Source: Candidatus Heimdallarchaeota archaeon (GTDB lineage: Archaea; Asgardarchaeota; Heimdallarchaeia; Hodarchaeales; Hodarchaeaceae). From it: a stretch of DNA of 64,000 bases. The DNA lies in assembly GCA_020353515.1 (NCBI GenBank), contig CP070695.1:4625414-4689413 (forward strand), written 5' to 3'. Positions 21,252 through 29,300 of the stretch are shown here, in pieces; position 1 is the stretch's first letter; every line of letters starts with the position of its first letter. The notes beneath the pieces are model-generated. The model saw only the letters and a program-made list of their open reading frames with translations. It was not told where the DNA came from and did no database searches. A program made the translations under genes and the position numbers.

Positions 21252-21932
21252 TCATACCTCTCGAAATTTAAACTCTCCTTCATCTTCTCTAATGGATTGA
21301 ATAAACTCCTCTACCCATTGTCTTTGAGCTTTGACTATATAGTATGGCCTTTCAAATAAGGCTTTGACAACAAATTTATGTCTAGAACTTTGAAACTCTT
21401 TTGCAGTCGCACCTCCTACTATAATCTGGTTAGGGGCAGATTTTACAATTTCCTCCACATTCTCCATTTTTTCAAGTTGTAGCTCAAACCAGTAAATACC
21501 GTTGTCAAGTTCTCCCTTATATTCCTCCAAAGCAGAAAGGGCATCAGATTTAGGCAAAAGAGAAATTCCCGCTAATCCTAAATCGAATAAGGATTTTGTT
21601 CTTGGAGGACTACGCAGACAAAACTGGATTTGCTCGCAAATTTTCTGTTCCCCGATTTCAGTGATTGTGTAGATTTTTTTAGAGAGCTGTTCATCCCGTT
21701 TTTTCTCTCCTTGAATGTACTTTTTATTTTCTAATATACCTAAACTCTTATAGATTGTTGACAGTTTCATATCAACCCATTCTTCGAACCCCCTCTCATC
21801 AAGTATTTTCTTGATATGCCAAGCATGTGCTGGTCCTTCTGATAAGATTAATAACAATGCTATTTGGGTTGCTGGGATAAATTTCACTTTATTAGATTGA
21901 GTTTGGTTCTTTCTTGATTTTTGACTCTGCAT
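21252..21932 (-). CDS. PadR-family transcriptional regulator
   Basis: LLILSEGPAHAWHI...STIYKSLGILE..KYI...KKIYTITEIG, plus a helical C-terminal domain. Confidence 0.88.
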   Translation of the reverse strand: MQSQKSRKNQTQSNKVKFIPATQIALLLILSEGPAHAWHIKKILDERGFEEWVDMKLSTIYKSLGILENKKYIQGEKKRDEQLSKKIYTITEIGEQKICEQIQFCLRSPPRTKSLFDLGLAGISLLPKSDALSALEEYKGELDNGIYWFELQLEKMENVEEIVKSAPNQIIVGGATAKEFQSSRHKFVVKALFERPYYIVKAQRQWVEEFIQSIREDEGEFKFREV

Positions 21933-21952
21933 TTATTATCGCCACTTAAAGA

Positions 21953-21987
21953 ATATTCTACTAATGTAACTTCTACTAGTAGAATAT
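21953..21987. promoter_or_regulatory. Candidate PadR operator: inverted repeat ATATTCTACTA-N13-TAGTAGAATAT overlapping the perfect palindrome TTCTACTAGTAGAA
   Basis: Arms at 21953-21963 and 21977-21987; palindrome at 21971-21984. Lies between a TATATA element (21985-21990) and the padR ATG. Confidence 0.6.
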
Positions 21988-22089
21988 ATAACAATGTCTA
22001 AATGGGTAATTCTATGATATCCGGATGATTTCTCTAGGCCTATTATTAAAAAATTAGATATCTAAACTTATAAGGATTGGATAAGAATA

Positions 22090-22368
22090 ATGAATTTTCC
22101 GAATACACCGTGTTATTATTATAAGAGTAAGATTGCAGTCACAAAATGTGAACGATACAATCATCCTATCTGTTTAGAAGACAAACGAATATATAAAAGA
22201 ACAAGATGTTATAAAAATGGAGTGAGTAATGGAAGAGTATCCTATTCATATGATTATGTGTACTATGATTGTATTCCGTGTAATGCAATTGATACCACAC
22301 ATAAGAAGCAGAGCTTTGAAAGAAGTTTGTCTCCAAATGATGAACTCAGAGGTGACCCTAGTGAATAA
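22090..22368 (+). pseudogene. Degenerate or truncated B-box-like zinc-finger ORF
   Basis: C-YYY-x4-AVTKC-ER-Y-x2-PICLED...CIPC pattern; expected His/Cys ligands appear replaced by Tyr; the tail runs into the next gene. Confidence 0.35.
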
Positions 22369-23176
22369 TTTTCAAAATCGTGATAGTTGGAACACTATTT
22401 CAAGATCGTATCAAGGTGAGAAACGAATTTCCCTACAAGACGTTCATTACGGTCCTGTTGCTCCTGGCGAAAGGAAATTAAATTTCCTCGGTGATGTTAA
22501 GGGTAAAAGAATCTTAGAACTCGGTTGCGGGGGTGGCCAAAACTCAATTGTGCTAACCAAATGGGGTGCAGAAGTTATTGGGTTAGATATCTCAGATATT
22601 CAGCTAGAACATGCGAATACCCTCGCAAAAGAGGAAGGCGTAAGAGTCCAATTTGTACAGGGGAGGATGGAAGACTTAGAAAGATTTAAAAATAATACAT
22701 TCGATATTGTAATTTCTTCCCATGCTATTGGGTATGCAGACGATTTAAAGGCAGTGTATAAGGAAACTGCCCGTGTTCTAAAACCTGAAGGATTCTTAGT
22801 GTTTTGTTTCGAGCATCCTATTTACTTAACTATTGGATCAGCACTAGAAGAATGGGATTTTAAAAAGGTTAAAAACTACTTTGATAGAAACCGAGAAGAA
22901 TGGGATTGGTCCTGTTTTGACGGAACTATAGCAACGTTCAATCAAGGAAATTGGTCGATTAAGGAAATTATCAATGATTGCATTGAAGTAGGATTGCATA
23001 TAATTCGAATAGAGGAACCTCAAGCACATGATATCGCTAATATGGATAAGAAAGCCAGGTCAGCTGTTCCTTACATCTCAGCAGTGGATGAAACACATGA
23101 TAACTACTTTAACAAATTTGTACAGGTAATTAGAATCATCCCGTTTTCATTAATACTCAAAGCTAAAAAGTCATGA
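22361..23176 (+). CDS. Class I SAM-dependent methyltransferase
   Basis: ILELGCGGG, GLDIS, FDIVIS, RVLKPEG. Start reassigned to GTG 22361 (GAGGTGA SD). Confidence 0.9.
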   Translation: MNNFQNRDSWNTISRSYQGEKRISLQDVHYGPVAPGERKLNFLGDVKGKRILELGCGGGQNSIVLTKWGAEVIGLDISDIQLEHANTLAKEEGVRVQFVQGRMEDLERFKNNTFDIVISSHAIGYADDLKAVYKETARVLKPEGFLVFCFEHPIYLTIGSALEEWDFKKVKNYFDRNREEWDWSCFDGTIATFNQGNWSIKEIINDCIEVGLHIIRIEEPQAHDIANMDKKARSAVPYISAVDETHDNYFNKFVQVIRIIPFSLILKAKKS

Positions 23177-23289
23177 TATACGACTTTTTCTCACCATCCT
23201 ATCTTTAAATAACCCCTAGCACAAATGCAAAAATAGAAAGGTAAATTCCACTAAACAAAAAAAAAGTTGATGAGGTTGATCGCATCCTA

Positions 23290-23588
23290 ATGAGATTAGA
23301 AGCAGGTACCTCAGTCGAGGCAATTTTTGATGACACTAGTATTCCTTTAGAATCAATTAAGAAAGTAAAATATTATTACAAAGCGTCAAATTATGCAAGA
23401 AGAGTGCCTTTGATCCCAGAGTTGTAAACAAATTGAAAAAAACTCATAAATGTTGTAAATGCGAGGCAGAGTTCTACGCGAGCTATAAGGGATTATATTA
23501 TTGTCCGATTCATCTAGAAGAAGCGCTAGCTAAAGAGAAGAAAGCCACTAAAGAAAAGATTGAAAGCCTAACTCTGAAAAATCATTAG
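23290..23588 (+). other. Two short adjacent ORFs (45 aa and a 51-aa Zn-finger-like ORF), or one frameshifted gene
   Basis: 23290-23427 MRLEAGTSVEAIFDDTSIPLESIKKV...; 23433-23588 contains CCKC...YYCPIHLEE. Confidence 0.35.
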
Positions 23589-23703
23589 CACTAGAAATTT
23601 TATATTGAACGCAGTTTAGATTAAAAAGAAAGTTTCTTAAGAAATCAGAAAAAATTCTTAATATAGCTGATGGTAATTTTATTACAATACGGAGATAACT
23701 TTA

Positions 23704-24261
23704 ATGTCCACCGATGAAATTCTATTTGAAATGCCTCATTTTTCGCAATATAAGATCGTTGTAGCTGGTGATGCGCTAGTTGGAAAGACTCAATTAGTAT
23801 CTGTATTTACTGGAAGAGATTTTGAGCACAAACCGACCGCAGGAGCTGATATTTCGTTTCTTAAATTACGGGGTAAAGGAGATAAAGGTGACCAAACAAC
23901 AACTGCTATTTTTTGGGATCTATCAGGACAACCTGCTTTTGATAAAGTACGCCCCCTCTTCTATGAGGGAGCCCATGCAGTAATCTATACTTTTGATGTA
24001 ACTAGGGAGTCTACGGTTTTATCACTTCCAAGCTGGGTGAAAGAAGTGAAAAAAAATCTACCTAATAGTCCCGCTATCTTAATTGGGAATAAAATTGATC
24101 TGAAAAAAGAACGACAAGTTAGTGATGATATAGGCCAGAAATTTGCTGATCGAATGAACGCAGCATACTTTCCGACATCTGCTACCAAGAATCAAGGCGT
24201 TGGGACAGCTTTTGCATCTGCGATTCGACGCGCTGTGTATTTCAGGGATGCAGAGGGATAA
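23704..24261 (+). CDS. Rab-like small GTPase
   Basis: GDALVGKT, PTAGADI, WDLSGQ, FDKVRPLFYEGA, FDVT, NKID, SAT; no C-terminal prenylation Cys. Confidence 0.92.
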   Translation: MSTDEILFEMPHFSQYKIVVAGDALVGKTQLVSVFTGRDFEHKPTAGADISFLKLRGKGDKGDQTTTAIFWDLSGQPAFDKVRPLFYEGAHAVIYTFDVTRESTVLSLPSWVKEVKKNLPNSPAILIGNKIDLKKERQVSDDIGQKFADRMNAAYFPTSATKNQGVGTAFASAIRRAVYFRDAEG

Positions 24262-24282
24262 ACAGCTCCTTTCTTGAAATTA

Positions 24283-24951
24283 CTAATCAAAACCCTTTAA
24301 TAACTCCGAAACGCGTTTTTGAACATTTTCAAGTCGATTTGAGCTCAGAAGATCGATATACTGAATTATTCCATGATTATTTGAGAAAGAAATCTTCCAA
24401 TTAGAAGGATATGGATCGCTAATGATTCCTTTTTTGGCTAGATCACGAGTGAATGTGCCAACCTTCCTGATTAAGGAAGGATAAGCCTGAATGGCTTCTC
24501 CTGCTGCCTCTGTTGTCATTAATACAGGAAAAAATCGAGAAAAAGTTTCAATCTTAGCCAGTCCAACTACATTTGGTAGCTTTACTTGGATTTCTTTGTC
24601 ATTCAATTGAAATTGCATATTCTGGAACTCATAGACATAGTCCTGCCAAGTCAAATAGTGGATTATCAATGCCAATAATTCACGACTATAATAGGGTTTT
24701 ATGATAATAGACCCAATTTTGTCAAAAGGAAAGCTCCAACCAAATAGACAACTACTCCCTCCAGGATACAGAGTTGTTCCTTTCATTTGAACGCCTAGTT
24801 TTTGTGATATTCGGTTTATAGCTTCACAGCTCAAACTATTCCCTTTGGAAAAGCCAACAATACTTTCAACTAAGTCGAGGCTTTTTTGCAATGCACAAGA
24901 GGAAATCTGGTTTTTGTACTCAGGAAATAAAAAAAATGGAATGCGAGACAT
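24283..24951 (-). CDS. Hypothetical protein with probable atypical protein-kinase-like fold
   Basis: YPGGSSCLF (Gly-loop-like), IIIKPY (beta3 Lys), LPNVVG, GIISDPYPSNWKI (D-x4-N), IQYIDL (metal-binding Asp). Confidence 0.5.
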   Translation of the reverse strand: MSRIPFFLFPEYKNQISSCALQKSLDLVESIVGFSKGNSLSCEAINRISQKLGVQMKGTTLYPGGSSCLFGWSFPFDKIGSIIIKPYYSRELLALIIHYLTWQDYVYEFQNMQFQLNDKEIQVKLPNVVGLAKIETFSRFFPVLMTTEAAGEAIQAYPSLIRKVGTFTRDLAKKGIISDPYPSNWKISFSNNHGIIQYIDLLSSNRLENVQKRVSELLKGFD

Positions 24952-24957
24952 AGGTTA

Positions 24958-26370
24958 TTAAACCCAATCTGCAGAGTCAATCTTTGTGGGCAGATAGGTA
25001 CCAGTCATAAATCGCCAGTCTTTCCCAGCTAGCGCTTGGATCTCGGCCTTTCTCCCAGTTTCAGTCATAATTTTAATCTGTTTTTCCCATTCAGGACGAG
25101 ATTTCACAAAATCTTCTTGAAGTAAATCCTCGGCTCGTTTCATGTCGTTTTCGGTCATTTTGATGAGCACAGACTTTGGAATTGAATATTCCTTGATATC
25201 GGAAGGTAATAATCCTAGCCATCGAATATCTGGAACAGCAAGTTCCACACTTTCAAAACTCAGGGCTTTACTCCCTATTGAATACACTCTCAAGATATCT
25301 AGACCATAAGGATCAGCATCTAAAAACCCCAAGATTGGAATTTGTAGCTCTTCATGAATCTTTTTGATGAACATTCTCGTGGCCATATCTGGTTGGCCAG
25401 AAGCGGTTATTAAAACGCATGGAAGATAGTTAAAGAATTTATCTTCTGCTAAATCTTGGAAAACTGCATCTTTTTCTATCACTAGGACGAATTCGGCATC
25501 ACTCTCGATATTGTCAATCTGATCTAACATCGGAGTAATAGCATGCCCTCCTAAGCCTTGAGTACAATCAATCCGATCCCCGCCTTCAGTAAAAGACATT
25601 CTACCTATGACTTTCCCTTTCGCAGAAGCGATTACGTTCAAAGAATTTCGAGATACCCGTAATAATGCTCCTAGGTCTTCAATTAATCCGTCGGATACTC
25701 GTTGATTTTCAAATAGGTTGACATCACGATAAAATAAGTGTCGCTTTGTCGCATGTTTTTCGGTATCGAGGATTTCACTTACATACCGCATTAAACCTGT
25801 CAACTGTACAACACTTTTCACACTACTGAGGTGGCGAAATTGTCTATCAACTACATGGCTTCCTAAGAGAACCATTTTAGAATTGTCATCATAACCTACA
25901 TTTTCAGAACTACGAGCTGGAATGCGAAATGCTGCTCCTTTGGGATCCTCAGCAATTTCTTCAAGAAATCTTCTTGCAACTGCCTGTAAACGTGCCCTTG
26001 TTTCCTCTGGAAGTACATTGTCTACTTTAAGAACTGATACAGGTAAGTCGATATCCTGAGACGTCATCACCTTTCGTAGTTCCTTTACTTTGGATAAATC
26101 AACTTTTCGTCGTATTTGTAATACTACCTCCTCTGACTTTGCCAATTGCCACAGTGAATCAAGATTACTCTTTTTAAGTTCTTGATAACGTTTTGTTTTC
26201 TTTGCTCCAAAAAAGATTAAAAACGGTTGTTTTGTTTTTAAACCTAGCTGGTTTTTTACAATCGTTCTAATGGCACTAAGAGAACCATCTTTTTCAATAT
26301 CAGATTTTATAACCTTATTAGTGAAGGAATAATCTTCAATAATTGTTTTAATAAATTGTTTAGACACCAT
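24958..26370 (-). CDS. top6A: DNA topoisomerase VI subunit A with N-terminal extension
   Basis: TKRHLFY catalytic Tyr motif, VLVIEKDAVF, SGQPDMATR, DADPYG Toprim, KAEIQAL. Confidence 0.95.
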   Translation of the reverse strand: MVSKQFIKTIIEDYSFTNKVIKSDIEKDGSLSAIRTIVKNQLGLKTKQPFLIFFGAKKTKRYQELKKSNLDSLWQLAKSEEVVLQIRRKVDLSKVKELRKVMTSQDIDLPVSVLKVDNVLPEETRARLQAVARRFLEEIAEDPKGAAFRIPARSSENVGYDDNSKMVLLGSHVVDRQFRHLSSVKSVVQLTGLMRYVSEILDTEKHATKRHLFYRDVNLFENQRVSDGLIEDLGALLRVSRNSLNVIASAKGKVIGRMSFTEGGDRIDCTQGLGGHAITPMLDQIDNIESDAEFVLVIEKDAVFQDLAEDKFFNYLPCVLITASGQPDMATRMFIKKIHEELQIPILGFLDADPYGLDILRVYSIGSKALSFESVELAVPDIRWLGLLPSDIKEYSIPKSVLIKMTENDMKRAEDLLQEDFVKSRPEWEKQIKIMTETGRKAEIQALAGKDWRFMTGTYLPTKIDSADWV

Positions 26371-26379
26371 TAATCCATC

Positions 26380-29300
26380 CTATTCTTTTGTCATATAAGC
26401 GTCCAGTCGTCCAACAACATCTGCTTTTCTTCTAAGTCGGACATTAGCTTTTATCTGTTTGATTTTTGCTGCTGATAAACCATAAACTTGCTTTAGATCA
26501 CCATCAGGCCAATAAAGGAAATCAATTATCCGGTTTATCCCCTTTTTAACTAATTCTTGAGCAACAGGAATAGGTAAATCTGCTAATCTAACGATTGGAC
26601 TTTCTAAATCATGAATACAAGCTTTTATTAATTTAGATGGGACGTAATCATCAGGAATGAAGTTATATCTCTTAAGATGAAAGTAGAGATCCTCTATATT
26701 GTCAATCCCCATTTCGTGAAAAGTAGCAATATGTTCTTCAGGAATCCTTACGAAGTTTTCAATTGGGGTTCCTAGACTCTTTTTCCGCTTTAAAGCACCA
26801 AGGTTGACTTTTCGATATTTCGATAATTCATATCTCTTTATTTCAAGTAATTCCGCTAAGTCATCTTTAGGCCAGAATAAGAACTCAATTGTTGAAGTTA
26901 TCCCTGCATTATACAATAAGGGGATCTTCTGGGGAAAGCTATCTTGTACGGTTGGTAAAATTGCAACAGGTTTCTCTAACACCCGTTTTACGGTTTCAAC
27001 TGGTTTTACAAGTGACTTGGTTAATCTTTCTGTATCTAAACGGAAGTATAGATCTACAACATTATCGACCCCCAGACTCGTAATTTGTTCTAATTGTTTA
27101 GGAGAAAATGCTCTGAGTGAGGATAATTTGACCCTAAATTCGGTATCAGTTTTTTTATGGGTTATTATATCTACTAGATTTATTGAATTCCTCGCTGAAT
27201 TGTATTCTTCCTCATCTATGATTCCCATAGGATCTTCTAGTTGAGAAAATTCAGTTTTTATTAGTTGAGTTACCGAAGTTACTCCGTTGAACGCTAATGG
27301 AGTAACATATTGCGGAGGGAGTAAGCTATAATAAGCTAAAGATGAGTTAAGGGCATCTTTAAGGTTTGCTAAACGGGATTTTAATTGATCAGAGACAGAA
27401 ATTGTTCCTAAGTCTATAAATAGAAGATCTTCCAGAACCCTAATCCCATGTTTCTCAATTTCTGTAAAATCTATGTACCCTGACTCAATGAAAGTTGGAA
27501 GAGGAGTATCGGCCTCGGTTATTTCACCAGCAGCCTCAAAGTCGAACTCTGTTTTTAGAGAAGCTATCTCAGATATATCCATACCTATAAGTTTGGTTAA
27601 AGCACCATTGGGAGTGAATAACCAATCGGAGATTGTTGAAACACCACTTTGTGACAGTTTTCGCAAATCATTTAAAGGTAACTCCTCAGATAACCGATTT
27701 ATTGGACTATCAAGAATTTCATATAGCTTTTCCAATTCCTTCTGCTTAAAATCCTCTCTATCACGTAAGATAAATTCCTGGATTGAAGTAATATTCTTCT
27801 TATCCAATTCAGAAATGATTTTAGTAGGAATAATTCCTGAAAAATTATCTAGTGGAATTATCTCATCCTCTAAGTGTTTAATAACTTCAGGCATCTTGAT
27901 TCCGGTTACCAATGCCCTAGTCTTAGGTGAGGTAGATCCTATCTTTTCAGCAAGTTCTCTAATACTCTCGTCGAAAATGTCTCCAATATGATTTATGGAA
28001 TGTTCTTTGAAAATAGATAACCATTCTAAGGTTATTTTAGGAATAAAACATATGGGAATGTTTAAGAATTGTTCTATTTCATTGAAATTTAGTGTTTCCA
28101 ATTCAGCAAAGAATTCAGAGGGATCAGTTCCTAATATTGTCTCAATCCGTTCTGTAGAAGTTGAATAGGCATCTTGTAAGGTCTCAATACGTTTTTGTTT
28201 TAGATTTTTAACCTCTTCTCGGTCTGATCCAAAAACTAAACTCAACGGGATAGTCAAAATTGAAAATATTCGAGTCCATCTCTCTCTGTCTATCCGTATT
28301 GTTTTATCTCCTTCTTTTGCAAGATAGATGTCCTCCTTGGGGCTAGTTAAAAGCTCAAAAACGGTTTTTATTTCCTCACGTTGTAATGCGGCGAGATAGT
28401 CTGAAGGAAAATTGAGTTTCTCTATTGTCAATCGTTTTAGAAAAGTTATAACTGCAGTAATATTAATTGAATCCTGAATGGCTTTAATTCTTGCTGCTTG
28501 TATTTGTGTACGATTTTCAAGTTCCTCCTGAGACTCTATCATCAGATCTAAAACCGTTCTGACTTTTGCTTTTTGGAAATTCTTTATTTCTTCTTTTGTA
28601 GGTATAGGACTTATTTCGATTGGTAGGTCTAGAATGGTTTTTGCATCAAGTATTATTTGCCAATCAATATCACTATCAACAAAGGTTTTCGGAGTTGCCA
28701 CATAATATAAATCAGCTAGACTCTCTATACCCAAACGAGTAAGTTTTCGAATAGTGTTTCTATCGAAAAGTGAAACTTTAGTAAGAGGAATCATCTTCTC
28801 CTCTTTCATTGATTTAATATTATTGAAGTTAAGGTCTTTCTTCATCGCAACCACTTGTTTTAAGTCCATCTCAAGTGTATTGATAATTTGGTCCTCAGGC
28901 GTAGTTAAGAAGTCGTAAATTGTAGATATTTGCTCATCAGCGAGTATTTGAAGCTGCTTCCGAGGCAATCCTTCCAGAATTGAAACAGATGTTTCTGTTG
29001 ACTCACGAAGCTGGACAAGATTAATTTTCTTTCTTAAATTAGCAACATTTTCTGGGGGTGTCTCCAAGATCTCGGAAAGTTCTTCCTCAGAGGTTATTAG
29101 GAAACGAATTATGGTGTCAATCCGTTTTTTAACCAAATTATCGATATATTTAGCTGCAATAATACCAGTAAGGTAAGTCACGGGAAGTTCTAAAGCTTCC
29201 ATGGCTTTTTCAACATAACTCCAATCTATTTCGTCATCTTCATCTAACATGTCTTCAGAAGCGGTAAAGTAGAGATCCTCAACCGTTTCAATACCATAAC

